Below, in pieces: positions 17,658 through 28,020 of a DNA stretch of 64,000 nucleotides (position 1 is its first letter; the number at the start of each line of letters is the position of its first letter). The notes beneath the pieces are model-generated. The model was given only the letters and a program-made list of their open reading frames with translations. It had not been told where the DNA came from and did not search any database. Source of the DNA: Nitrospirota bacterium (lineage in GTDB: Bacteria > Nitrospirota > UBA9217); contig CAVPKD010000004.1 in the NCBI GenBank assembly GCA_963705595.1, forward strand, positions 67,111 to 131,110. The letters run 5' to 3'. A program made the position numbers and the translations under genes.

Positions 17658-19613
17658 TTATTTTGCTTCCCCTAGCCCCTCAAAAAACTTTTTGAACTCC
17701 TCCCTCTCATCGGTGATCCTGCACTTCGGGATCGACTTCAAAAACCATTTGCCGTAGTTCTTGGTCATGATGCGCGAGTCGAGTACGGCCACAGCACCCT
17801 TGTCCGTCTTGGTGCGGATGAGCCTGCCGAAGCCCTGGCGGAACAGCAGCGTTGCCTGCGGAACTTGATATTCAAAGAATGGATTCTTCAGGCGCTCCAT
17901 GCGCGCCTCAACAATCGGATCGTCAGGCACGGCAAAAGGGAGCTTCGCGATCACCACGCACTGGAGCGCGTCGCCGGGGATGTCGATGCCCTGCCAGAAT
18001 GACGCAGTGCCCATGAGCACGGCGTTCGGAACACCCTTAAACTGCTCGATCAGCCGGTACGCGGGCATCTCTCCCTGGCAGAGGAAACCGAGGTCCGGGC
18101 ATCTCTCGCCGCAGTGTTTCGGCACTCTTCCTGAGCTGACCGTAGCTCGTGAACAGCACGAGTGTTCTTCCCTGCGTGATCGAAAGCACGGATTGTAGTT
18201 CTTCATCGAACTTTTCCTGATACCCGGCGGCCTGCTGATCATCAAGGCCGGATGCGATGTAGAGCATGGCCTGGTTCTCGAAATCAAAGGGAGAGTCGAG
18301 CAGAAGTTCCACCGGCGCGTCCAGGCCCAGACGGCTTCTTGATGTAGGTGAAGGTCCCTGCGGCAGAGAGCGTGGCCGAGGTAAGCACAACAGTCTCGGT
18401 CTTTCCGAATAGATTTTCCCTCAGCGTTTCGGCTACATCGATCGGCGAGGCAACGAGCCGGTACCGCATGTTCTCACGCTCGGCCCAGTACACGAAGCCC
18501 TCGGCAGATTGTTCAAGGTTGATGCGCACCGCAGCAGCGAGGGACTGCGCCCGGGCAGCGAAGGCCTTGACCTCCAGTTCCTCCTCGTGGGTCTCGACCT
18601 TGAGCTCGAGGAGCGCGTCCTTCAGATTCAGGAGCGGCTCGCTCAGGATGTCAGGCACGATGTTCCGCTGTCTGATCCTGAGTGCCGGCACCTCGTGCAG
18701 AACGGGATGGAGGTTCAGGAAAAAATTGTCCGCAATGACCCGAAGCCCGTCCACCATGCCGCGCACAATCTGCACTTCGGCGCCTTGCGCTGTCAGGCGC
18801 GTGAGCAGACCCTTGCGCGTGCGCTGGCTCAGGAGCGTGTCGAGCAGGTAGCGGACCGAAAAGTTTGTGATCTCGACGCCGAGGTAGTCCGTTGCCACCT
18901 CCTCGACCTGGTGCGCTTCGTCGAAGACCACGGCTTTATAATGCGGCAGCACGTTGCCGCCCGTTGCCATGTCGGCAAAGAACAGGTGGTGGTTCGCCAC
19001 GAGGATATGGGCCTGCTGTTCATAGGCTCTGGCCTTCAGGTAGAAGCAGTCCTTATAAAATCCGCAGTCCTTGCCGAAGCAGAGGTCCGCCTGGCGGCAG
19101 GCCTTGCCCCAGAGAGCAGGGGACGGCTCGATGTCGAGGTCGCTCCGGAGGCCGGTGCGGGTCATGGTGGACCATTCGAACAGCCGGTTCAGTGCCCCGA
19201 CCTCGTTCTGCTCATAGAGGTCACCCATGCGAAGATGGTCGAACCTCCGGAGGCAGAGATAGTTCTCGCCGCCCACGCACAGGGCAAAGCGAAAGTCGCC
19301 GATCACCTTTTTGAGAAAGGGGAGGTCCTTGTCCACGAGCTGCTGCTGGAGGGCCTTGGTATAGGTGGCAACGACGGTCGCGGCAATTTTCCTCTCTCGC
19401 CCAGAGGATCACGGGTACGAGATACGCGAGACTCTTACCCACGCCCGTGCCTGCCTCGACGACCAAATGTGTCTTTGTGCTGAGCGCCTTCTCCACGGCC
19501 TCGGCCATCTCAATCTGCTGGGGACGATGTTCGTAAGCCGCGCGCATGGCCTTACTGATCATGCCGGATTCTCCGAATATCTTCAAAGCATTCATCGCCC
19601 GGTAGATTAACAT
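17658..19613 (-). pseudogene. dinG: DinG/XPD-family ATP-dependent DNA helicase with an Fe-S cluster, interrupted by about 3 +1 frameshifts (near 19390, 18335, 18100)
   Basis: Pieces 19221..19613 (AGTGVGKSLAYL), 18284..19336 (four Cys; VVFDEAHQ), 18037..18390 and 17658..18287 (FWQGIDIPG...RLIRTKTDKG) join into one ~650-aa helicase. Confidence 0.85.
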
Positions 19614-19718
19614 GGGAAAGGAGGGAATGCAAATTCTACTTGTACTTACTGGTTTTTAAAGGTTTTTTCTGGCTTTTTCTTGCACAAATCTTTTTGTTGT
19701 GTTACTATATCAACTTGT

Positions 19719-20744
19719 ATGCAGAGGCTATTTAAGCTTATTTTGGTATCGCTCCTGATGGTGCCTGCCGGAACGTTTTCAGCAGAAAAGGGCCTAACGG
19801 TGAAGGGCGTCCGCTATTTTTCCTATGCCGCCTTTACCCGCATCGTATTCGAGATCGAGGCTGCTGCACCCTATGTTCTGACGAGGACTGCTGACGGCCG
19901 TACGCTCCTCTTTTCCGCCTATGAAGGACCATTTGCGCTCAAGGCGCAGCTGCCGGTCATCCGTGACGGCGTGGTGAACGGGATAGAAACGAAAGAAGAT
20001 GCAGGTAGGAACGTTGTCTTTATTCATCTGAACGTTGCGGGCGGCGAGGTGAAGGATTTTGTGCTCCGGGGACCCGACCGGATCGTTCTTGACATCGCAC
20101 GGGGCGCGACATCCTCCGCTATTCCCGTCCCCGCTGTAGCTGAGGTGGCCGTGGTGGTCGTTCTCGATGCCGGGCACGGTGGCAGGGACACAGGGATTAT
20201 GACGACACAGGGAGAGGAAAAGTCGCTGACCCTCGAACTTGCGCACGCGGTCAGAAAAATTCTGCAGAAGAGCAGCCATTTCAAAGTGCTCCTGACGAGA
20301 GAGAAGGACCAGGTGCTCTCGCTCGATGAACGGGCCGCGTTTGCGAACGCTGCCGGAGCCGCGATCTTTGTCAGCATCCATGCCGCAACCGGAGCGGTTG
20401 AGCGGGTCTTTATTCTGGACCCGGATGATGACCTGGCCGGACAGCAAGCAGCCCGGACCGCGAGCAGGGATTTTCTCAGTTTCGAGGCGGGGAGCGAAGA
20501 GCAGGAAAAACTCTGGGGCAGACAGCAGGCCGCGCACGCGAAGGAGAGCGGTGTTTTCGGCAGGAGGCTCGCGCGGCAATTCGAAGGCAGGGATGACGCC
20601 GAGCCCGTGCAGGCGCCGATCGCCGGACTTAAGGCAATCGACTCAGCCGCGGTCATGGTAGAAATCGGCATGGAGCAGGACCGAGCTAAGGCGGCCGAGG
20701 CTATTGCGAAGGGGATCGAACAGTATGTCAGAGAGAATCGATAG
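19719..20744 (+). CDS. N-acetylmuramoyl-L-alanine amidase (AMIN domain plus Amidase_3)
   Basis: Signal peptide MQRLFKLILVSLLMVPAGTFSA. AMIN-like VKGVRYFSYAAFTRIVFEI. Catalytic VVLDAGHGGRDTG...FVSIHA. Confidence 0.85.
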   Translation: MQRLFKLILVSLLMVPAGTFSAEKGLTVKGVRYFSYAAFTRIVFEIEAAAPYVLTRTADGRTLLFSAYEGPFALKAQLPVIRDGVVNGIETKEDAGRNVVFIHLNVAGGEVKDFVLRGPDRIVLDIARGATSSAIPVPAVAEVAVVVVLDAGHGGRDTGIMTTQGEEKSLTLELAHAVRKILQKSSHFKVLLTREKDQVLSLDERAAFANAAGAAIFVSIHAATGAVERVFILDPDDDLAGQQAARTASRDFLSFEAGSEEQEKLWGRQQAAHAKESGVFGRRLARQFEGRDDAEPVQAPIAGLKAIDSAAVMVEIGMEQDRAKAAEAIAKGIEQYVRENR

Positions 20745-21324
20745 GAGGATAGGTCACAACCGGCTGCTGTTCGGCGTGGTTGTAATCATCTTTGCTATTG
20801 CCGCAGCCGCTGGGATCTATATCTGGTCTCTGATGCGCAGTTCGAGTGTGCCACCGAACACAGTAGTCCCGGACCAGTCTGCGCTTGGCCAGCCGCCCCG
20901 TCTGGACGAGCCGCTCACGATCGTGCTCTACTTACCCTTGGATGGCATGTTGGCGTCAGGGTCCGTCGCTGTCAAGAGACAGCCCGATGGGCAGTCGCAG
21001 GCACGGGAAATTCTTGCCGCCATGCTCGGAGATAAACGCGCTGCACAGACTGCGCTTCTGAAGGATGTGAAGCTTAGAGAGCTCTATCTCGATGCTTCAG
21101 GAACGGCGTATGTCGATCTCTCCGCGGTCCAGCAAAAGGAGATCAGGGCATCGGCGCGGGATGAACTCGCGGCCCTCTACGCAGTGGTGAACACGCTTCT
21201 ACAGAATATCGAAGAGATCAAGCGAGTCCGGGTGCTGCTCGACGGCCGAGAGGCGCAGACGCTCGCCGGGCATATCGATCTTTCCAGAGCATTCAGCAAG
21301 AGGATGGACCTCGTGAAGCAGTAA
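20725..21324 (+). CDS. GerMN-domain membrane-anchored protein
   Basis: N-terminal TM helix. ...LRELYLDASGTAYVDLS...ALYAVVNTLLQNIEEIKRVRVLLDGRE is typical GerMN. Overlaps the amidase stop. Confidence 0.7.
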   Translation: MSERIDRRIGHNRLLFGVVVIIFAIAAAAGIYIWSLMRSSSVPPNTVVPDQSALGQPPRLDEPLTIVLYLPLDGMLASGSVAVKRQPDGQSQAREILAAMLGDKRAAQTALLKDVKLRELYLDASGTAYVDLSAVQQKEIRASARDELAALYAVVNTLLQNIEEIKRVRVLLDGREAQTLAGHIDLSRAFSKRMDLVKQ

Positions 21325-21459
21325 GACCAGCCTGTCTCTCGCAGAGACGCAAATCTGGCAAGGGAATGATGACGCCATAGGCTTTGAAATGATGAGAACC
21401 GTTTTAGGTTATTAAACTTCGCGTCCTTTATGGATGTGCGAGCAATTTTCCCAATAACC

Positions 21460-22263
21460 ATGCAAAAAGCAATCGGCATATTCGATTCAGGTATCGGCGG
21501 GCTCACGGTGCTCAAGGAGATCGTTGCAAAGCTCCCGGAGGAAAACATCATCTACCTCGGCGACACGGCGCGCGTTCCATACGGGATCCGCTCGCCTGAG
21601 ACAGTCACCCGCTACTGCTTCGAGAACACAGACTTCCTGCTCTCTCAGGAGATCAAGATGCTCGTGGTCGCCTGTAACACGGCATCGGCCATCAGCCTTG
21701 AGGCGGTGAAGAAGGAATTTCCCCTTCCCGTCATCGGCGTGCTCGAGCCGGGAGCGCGGGCTGCGGCTGCGTCAACGAAGACCCGGAAGGTGGGCGTGAT
21801 CGGGACCGAGGCCACTATCGGGAGCGGCGCTTACGAGAAAGCAATCACGCAGATCGCTCCTGACATCAAGGTCCATAGCCTGTCGTGCCCGCTCTTTGTT
21901 CCGCTCGCCGAAGAGGGGTGGACGGACAACGATGTGGTGCAGCTCGTGGCAGAAAAGTATCTGGCACCACTGCGCGGTGAGGGCATCGATACGCTAGTGC
22001 TCGGCTGTACACACTATCCCCTGCTCAAGACGGTGATCAGCAAGGCCGTGGGACCCGAGATCATCCTCATCGATTCAGCGATGGAAACGGCGAAGGAGGT
22101 TGTAGACGTGCTCGAAAAGCTCAGGTGGAGAGGGAATGGGAGGGGGGAAGGGATACGGAAATTTTACGTCACCGACTCGCCGTCGCGATTCGAAAAGATC
22201 GGAAAATGGTTTCTCGGCGATGCCTCCCTCCGCGCTGAACAGGTGAAGGTCGGAGGTATGTAG
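21460..22263 (+). CDS. murI: Glutamate racemase
   Basis: IGIFDSGIGGLTVL, VVACNTAS and LGCTHYPLL motifs. Confidence 0.9.
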   Translation: MQKAIGIFDSGIGGLTVLKEIVAKLPEENIIYLGDTARVPYGIRSPETVTRYCFENTDFLLSQEIKMLVVACNTASAISLEAVKKEFPLPVIGVLEPGARAAAASTKTRKVGVIGTEATIGSGAYEKAITQIAPDIKVHSLSCPLFVPLAEEGWTDNDVVQLVAEKYLAPLRGEGIDTLVLGCTHYPLLKTVISKAVGPEIILIDSAMETAKEVVDVLEKLRWRGNGRGEGIRKFYVTDSPSRFEKIGKWFLGDASLRAEQVKVGGM

Positions 22264-22404
22264 AGAGAGACGCTAATTCCAAATTTTAAATTTGAAATAT
22301 CAAATTGTCGTGGGCATGTAAGAATGGGTGCCCTAATAGTTTCGCATGGTTGTCTCAGGAATATTTTAAAGCCAAAACGGTAAAGACTGCATGAGGTGGT
22401 CTTC

Positions 22405-23268
22405 ATGAAAAAGGATTGTGCATATACCAGAAAATCGCTCCGGAAATACCTTCACGGCCATTTGTTCAAGCCGGAGCAGATCAGGGTCGAACGCCATCTT
22501 CGATCCTGTGTCATGTGCTATACCGAATACCAAGCCCTTAAGCAGGCTGCCGAGACCAAACAATACCTGAAGGATATTACCCCGCCCGAGGGGATAGTGC
22601 AGCGGGTTCAGGCGGGTGTTTCTGGTCTCGCGAAGCTCAAGAAGATCCTGTATCGGCCGCTCTGGCTGGCCGGCATCATCACTGTCATCGTGCTCGTTTT
22701 CCTCTATGTGCTCGCCCCGCCGCGTCACGATCTAGAGATTGAGAACCTCGAAAAGTCCGGAGCCGTGGGCTCGGCGCCTTCGTCTACGGCTCCTGCTTCG
22801 CCTGCTCAGGGTGCGCTTCCTTCTCCCGTGACGGCGCGGCCTACAATCCTACGGCCTCCTGCGTCCCAGCCCGATGAAGCGGTTCGTATGTTGAAGCCGC
22901 TGCCGGTCACGATAACCGTGGATAATGAAAAGGCGGCCATCCGACGGATAAACGAGGTCATGAGAGGACACGGGGAACTCCGAAAAATGAGGTTCAGCGA
23001 CACAGTCAGAGAGATATCCGGAAGCATGACCTCCAAGGATCTGCTCACTTTTTTCAGCCTGATCGAGTCTGAAGGAAAGATCAGCTACAGCCGCAAGCGT
23101 CTCGTTGCGTTTCCGAGCGCTCAACCCGTGCCCTTCGTCATGAACCTCAAGGTCGCGCCTCAGGCTGCCGAAAAGCCATCGCCGACTGAACAACCGGTTG
23201 TGACTCCTGCCGAGGCAACGGCATCGTCGCAGCCGGCTACTGCGCCTACGCAGTCAGCGGTCCCGTAG
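22405..23268 (+). CDS. zf-HC2 (anti-sigma-like) membrane protein with a Pro/Ala-rich C-terminal region
   Basis: HLRSCVMC (H-x3-C-x2-C), a central TM helix, and a GAGGTG RBS 7 nt upstream of the ATG at 22405. Confidence 0.6.
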   Translation: MKKDCAYTRKSLRKYLHGHLFKPEQIRVERHLRSCVMCYTEYQALKQAAETKQYLKDITPPEGIVQRVQAGVSGLAKLKKILYRPLWLAGIITVIVLVFLYVLAPPRHDLEIENLEKSGAVGSAPSSTAPASPAQGALPSPVTARPTILRPPASQPDEAVRMLKPLPVTITVDNEKAAIRRINEVMRGHGELRKMRFSDTVREISGSMTSKDLLTFFSLIESEGKISYSRKRLVAFPSAQPVPFVMNLKVAPQAAEKPSPTEQPVVTPAEATASSQPATAPTQSAVP

Positions 23269-23356
23269 CGGCAAACGGTGGAGAGCAGCATGCTCTCTAA
23301 GAAGCAGATCGTTCAGCTAATGCCGGTAGAGCCGGTCAAGCCGGTCACGGATAAGG

Positions 23357-24706
23357 ATGACTCCAGACAGTTCATATCAGAAAACCATTGATTATCTCTA
23401 TGGGCTGCAGAAACACGGGATAAAGCTTGCCCTGTCAAACAGCCGCACGCTCATGGAGGTCATGGGCAATCCCCACAAAAAATTCCGTTCAGTGCATATT
23501 GCCGGCACGAATGGCAAAGGATCGACCGCCGCGTTCCTCGCGAGCATGCTCACAGCCGCGGGGTACCGCGTTGGGCTCTACACCTCTCCGCACCTGGTCA
23601 GTTTTACTGAGCGGGTCAAGTTCGACAACGTTCAGATATCCGAACAGAAGGTCGTGGAGCTTGCACAGAGGGTGCGGGAGGGATCCCGCGGTATTCCTGC
23701 CGCCGGCGGCCTGGAAGCACTCAACCCTACTTTTTTCGAAGTTACGACCGCCATGGCATTCTCCTGGTTTGCGGAGAAGTCCGTTGATATCGCGGTGGTC
23801 GAGGTTGGGATGGGAGGGCGGCTCGACTCCACGAACGTGATTACCCCGCTCGTGTCCGTGATCACGAACATCGACTTGGAGCACACCGAGTTCCTGGGGG
23901 GCACGCTGGAGTTGATCGCGCGAGAGAAAGCCGGAATCGTCAAGCCGGGTGTTCCTGTGGTCACGGGAGCGATCCAGCCGTCGGTCGTCGATGTCATCGA
24001 GCGGGAGGCCGCAGCGAAACATGCCCGGATCTACCGACTGACGAAAGATTTTATGGCGCAGAATATTTTCCATGATCGCACGCAAGTTTTTGATTATCGG
24101 GGTATGCAGGCCTCGTACAGCAAGATGTGCATAACAATGCACGGCCGATACCAAGTAGACAATGCCTGCCTCGCGATTGCCGCGGCAGAGTGCATGAGGA
24201 GCGAAGGGATTACCATCGAAGAGTCTGCCATGCGCCGGGGCCTGGAGCAGACCCGCTGGGAAGGGCGACTGGAACGCGTCGCGCAAAAGCCTGATATATT
24301 TCTCGACGGCGCCCACAACCCGGCATCTGCGAAAATGCTCGCCGGGGCTGTTCGTGAAATGAAATCCGCGTACCGGCGGCTGATCCTGGTTGTCGGAATC
24401 CTCAGCGACAAGGATTACAGAGGTATCATCGCCGAGCTCGTTCCTTTGGCTGAACATGTGATTGTGACGAAGCCGCAGTACTCGCGGGCCATGGATGTTC
24501 AGGCGCTCGCGTCGGAAATCCGCGAGTTGCACAGCGCGGTCATTACCGCCGAGACCGTGGGTCACGCGATTGCCAAAGCACGGGAGATTTCCACGGATGA
24601 TGACCTGATCCTGGTGACCGGTTCACTCTATGTGGTGGGAGACGCGCGGGCAGTGATCGTTCAGGACGCCGGACGGTCGCAAGCGCTCTCGGGCTTGAAG
24701 GGATGA
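23357..24706 (+). CDS. folC: Bifunctional folylpolyglutamate synthase / dihydrofolate synthase
   Basis: HIAGTNGKGST P-loop, VVEVGMGGRLDSTN, DGAHNP. 449 aa. Confidence 0.85.
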   Translation: MTPDSSYQKTIDYLYGLQKHGIKLALSNSRTLMEVMGNPHKKFRSVHIAGTNGKGSTAAFLASMLTAAGYRVGLYTSPHLVSFTERVKFDNVQISEQKVVELAQRVREGSRGIPAAGGLEALNPTFFEVTTAMAFSWFAEKSVDIAVVEVGMGGRLDSTNVITPLVSVITNIDLEHTEFLGGTLELIAREKAGIVKPGVPVVTGAIQPSVVDVIEREAAAKHARIYRLTKDFMAQNIFHDRTQVFDYRGMQASYSKMCITMHGRYQVDNACLAIAAAECMRSEGITIEESAMRRGLEQTRWEGRLERVAQKPDIFLDGAHNPASAKMLAGAVREMKSAYRRLILVVGILSDKDYRGIIAELVPLAEHVIVTKPQYSRAMDVQALASEIRELHSAVITAETVGHAIAKAREISTDDDLILVTGSLYVVGDARAVIVQDAGRSQALSGLKG

Positions 24707-24758
24707 GATAAAGCAATTGCGGAATGCGGAAGAAAAAGCCGAAGGGCATAATGGAATT

Positions 24759-26822
24759 ATGAAACGCGGTATTATAATCATGCTTACCGTGTTTTTTCTT
24801 GCTGGAATGCCGGCCGGCTCGCCGCACCTGGTCTTCGCCGCCGAGCTGCCGAAGAAGATCCCTGTTACGGTCAAGGCAGACAAGCTCGATTACGACCGGA
24901 TCAATGACATCTATGTCGCAGAAGGCCATGTCCGGGTCGAACAGGAGGGACTGCGGGTCGAGGCTGACAAAGTCGTGCTAAACAACAGGACCGGCGAGGC
25001 AGTGGCTGAGGGCAAGGTGTACATCCAGGACAAGGGCGATATTATCCGAGCAGACAAGATCCAGTTTAACGTCAACACCAAAGCCGGGTTTATCTATAAC
25101 GGCGACCTGTTCATGAGCAAGGACAACTTCCACCTGAAGGGTGAGAAGATCGAGCGGAAATCGGAAAGCGTCTACCATGTGGAAAATGGGACATTCACGA
25201 CCTGCGACCAGAGTGAGTGGTACCTGAAGGCAAGAAAAATCGATGTCGATCTAGAACGCTATGCTACGGCCAACGGCGTTTTGTTCAATATGGCCGGTCT
25301 GCCAGTACTCTATACCCCGTATTTGCTTTTTCCGGTTCGGAGACAGAGCGGCCTCCTGATGCCGGAGGTGGGGTACAGCAGCAGTGAAGGATTCTTGATG
25401 AAGAACACATTTTTCTGGGCCATATCGGATTTTCAAGATATGACGTTCTATTCCGATTACCGGGCCCGGCACGGGCTCGGCACGGGAGCCGAATACCGCT
25501 ATGTGAATTCCCGAGACTCCGAAGGCAAGGTCTATTATAACTATTTTGACACTTTCGGGCAGTACCGAGTACCCGGCATCCCGGAGGGCCGCTGGGAATT
25601 CAAATTCCAGCACCACGAGGAGATCGCCGAGGACCTCTCTATCCGTGCCGACATCACCGTTGTGAGCGACTTTGGCTACTATCGCGATCTTGAGAAGACA
25701 CTCGAACTCAGTTCACGGCCCTACGTGGACTCGAATATATTCTATGTTGAGCGGTGGGAGGCTGCGTCACTCTATCTCCTGGGCCAATATTCCACGGACC
25801 TTACGCAGACGAACGAGAAGACCATTCAAAAACTTCCCGAACTCCGCTACACGATCTTCGAGGAAAAAATCGCCGGCCCCGTCCACCTCAACTTTGACGG
25901 ATCTGCGGTGAACTTTACCAGGCAGGAAGGGGATGGGATGCGGCGAGCGGATTTCAATCCCCAGCTGAGCGCCGCCTTCGGCGGAAACGGTCTGAGCTTT
26001 ACCCCCCGCGTGGGAGCACGGGCGACCTTTTACGACCGGAGCGGTACGAATGCTGAGATTGCTGAGCCTACAGAGCGGGAGTTCTATTATGCAGGCGCTG
26101 ATATGAACGCCCGGATCTCACGTGTTTACGGCACGGACGGCGAAACCGGCATCGGGCGGATTCGACACTCGATCGAGCCAACCATATCATATCTCTACCT
26201 CCCCCACGTTGACGAGACAGGTATTCCTCAGTTTGACGTTGTGGATACCGTGACAGCTCAGAACCTGATTGCCGTCTCCCTGATCAATCGCCTCACGGCG
26301 CACTATAAGGATTCCGCAGGGTCCAGGACCTTTGACATGGTCGTCTTTAAGCTCTCGGAGTCGTATGACTTCGATAAAGCGAGGAGTGCTGATACGACCG
26401 TGGCAGCGCAGCCGCGCTCCTCGCTTCACGGTGATTTATTTGTGAAAACGCCCAAGCTGCTGACCTTCTCAGCCTCCACGGAATATGATACGTATGGCCA
26501 TACCTTCATCTCTTCATCAGAAAGCACCAGTGTGAATATCAACACCGTGAAGTTCAACATAACACACCAGTACCTGCATGCATCAGCGACGAATCCTACG
26601 ACTGAATTTTTAATCGGCGGAATAGACTTCAAGGCTTGGAAATGGAATATCAATGCACAGATCTGGCGTGATATTGTGCTTAAGCAGACCACACAGCAGG
26701 AGTACAGGCTCCATTACGCTTCCCAGTGCTGGGGTCTCAGCATCGTGTATATTAACAAACCGGGTGAGACGCAATATATGGCACTGCTTGACCTCAAGGG
26801 GCTGGGGGTGATGAAGTTTTAG
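24759..26822 (+). CDS. lptD: LPS-assembly outer-membrane protein LptD (OstA family)
   Basis: Signal peptide, then an OstA_N-like VTVKADKLDYDRINDIYVAEGHVRV, then a long beta-barrel-type C-terminus ending ...LKGLGVMKF. Confidence 0.85.
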   Translation: MKRGIIIMLTVFFLAGMPAGSPHLVFAAELPKKIPVTVKADKLDYDRINDIYVAEGHVRVEQEGLRVEADKVVLNNRTGEAVAEGKVYIQDKGDIIRADKIQFNVNTKAGFIYNGDLFMSKDNFHLKGEKIERKSESVYHVENGTFTTCDQSEWYLKARKIDVDLERYATANGVLFNMAGLPVLYTPYLLFPVRRQSGLLMPEVGYSSSEGFLMKNTFFWAISDFQDMTFYSDYRARHGLGTGAEYRYVNSRDSEGKVYYNYFDTFGQYRVPGIPEGRWEFKFQHHEEIAEDLSIRADITVVSDFGYYRDLEKTLELSSRPYVDSNIFYVERWEAASLYLLGQYSTDLTQTNEKTIQKLPELRYTIFEEKIAGPVHLNFDGSAVNFTRQEGDGMRRADFNPQLSAAFGGNGLSFTPRVGARATFYDRSGTNAEIAEPTEREFYYAGADMNARISRVYGTDGETGIGRIRHSIEPTISYLYLPHVDETGIPQFDVVDTVTAQNLIAVSLINRLTAHYKDSAGSRTFDMVVFKLSESYDFDKARSADTTVAAQPRSSLHGDLFVKTPKLLTFSASTEYDTYGHTFISSSESTSVNINTVKFNITHQYLHASATNPTTEFLIGGIDFKAWKWNINAQIWRDIVLKQTTQQEYRLHYASQCWGLSIVYINKPGETQYMALLDLKGLGVMKF

Positions 26823-26832
26823 GAGGGAAGCA

Positions 26833-27156
26833 ATGACGACGGATGAGGTTATCGTACTGATCACGGCGAGCTCAGGCGATGAGGCGGAGAAGATCGCTAC
26901 CGCTCTCCTAAACGAGCATCTTGCTGCGTGCGTGAATATCGTGCCCGAAGTGCGCTCCCTGTTCTTCTGGGAGGGGAGGACACAGGATGCGCGCGAGGTT
27001 CTTTTAATCTGCAAGGGCAGGCTGCAATTCATCGAGAAGCTCATCATTCGGGTGAAGGAGCTTCACTCGTATACCGTGCCGGAAATCATCGCTGTCCCGA
27101 TCATAGCGGGTTCACGGGAGTACCTTGATTGGATTCGGGAAACATTGAAAACGTAG
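26833..27156 (+). CDS. cutA: Divalent-cation tolerance protein CutA
   Basis: 107 aa. LAACVNIVPEVRSLFFWEG...HSYTVPEIIAV. AGGAGG RBS. Confidence 0.85.
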   Translation: MTTDEVIVLITASSGDEAEKIATALLNEHLAACVNIVPEVRSLFFWEGRTQDAREVLLICKGRLQFIEKLIIRVKELHSYTVPEIIAVPIIAGSREYLDWIRETLKT

Positions 27157-27182
27157 GGCAGACGTCAGACACAAGAAGTCAG

Positions 27183-27845
27183 ATGCCAGACAAAAGAGTT
27201 TGTAAAGAGCTGAAATCTATATACAAAGTGCTCTATAAAGCCTACGGTCCCCAACACTGGTGGCCCGGCGACACGCCATTTGAGGTGATAGTGGGTGCGG
27301 TTCTCACCCAGAACACCGCGTGGGGCAATGTGGAAAAGGCCATCGTAAACCTCAAGTGTGAGCATGTATTGAACCCTTCTCGGCTGAACAGTATGCCGTC
27401 AAAAAGACTTGCTTCACTTATACGGCCGAGCGGTTATTTCAACATCAAAACACGGCGGCTCAAGAATCTTCTCGTCCTGATCCGGGATCATTACTGCGGA
27501 AGCCTGAAAAGGATGTTTGCCGATGACCCTATGGAGCTGCGCGCGAACCTGCTCGGTGTTAACGGCATCGGCCCCGAGACGGCCGACTCGATTCTGCTCT
27601 ATGCGGGGGGAAAGCCGTTTTTTGTGGTGGATGCCTATACCAAAAGGATCCTAGTCAGACATGGCTTGATTTCGAACAATGCCGACTACCACGAAGTGCA
27701 GAACCTGTTCATGGCAAACCTGCCGAAAGATGCAAGTCTCTATAATGAATTCCATGCCCTGATCGTCAAGGTTGGCAAAGAACATTGCAGAAAAAGGAAG
27801 CCTCTATGCAGTAGATGCCCACTTCACCCCCCCTCACCTTCCTAA
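27183..27845 (+). CDS. Endonuclease III-related HhH-GPD DNA glycosylase
   Basis: VLTQNTAWGNVEKA, LLGVNGIGPETADSILLY, VDAYTKRIL, and a C-terminal Cys cluster HCRKRKPLCSRCPL. Confidence 0.8.
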   Translation: MPDKRVCKELKSIYKVLYKAYGPQHWWPGDTPFEVIVGAVLTQNTAWGNVEKAIVNLKCEHVLNPSRLNSMPSKRLASLIRPSGYFNIKTRRLKNLLVLIRDHYCGSLKRMFADDPMELRANLLGVNGIGPETADSILLYAGGKPFFVVDAYTKRILVRHGLISNNADYHEVQNLFMANLPKDASLYNEFHALIVKVGKEHCRKRKPLCSRCPLHPPSPS

Positions 27846-28020
27846 AGAGAACTAATGCCTGCCCTTTTCAATCGTCTATATATAGGTTGATTCTTGGATG
27901 AAAACACAACATGTTGTACAACAAATTGAATTTTCATTAAAAAAATCAATAAGCTCTTGACATTACAGCGTGCTTTGTGTTAATTTTTAAGCGGTTGTTT
28001 GCGCCTTTTTTTTCGGAGGA

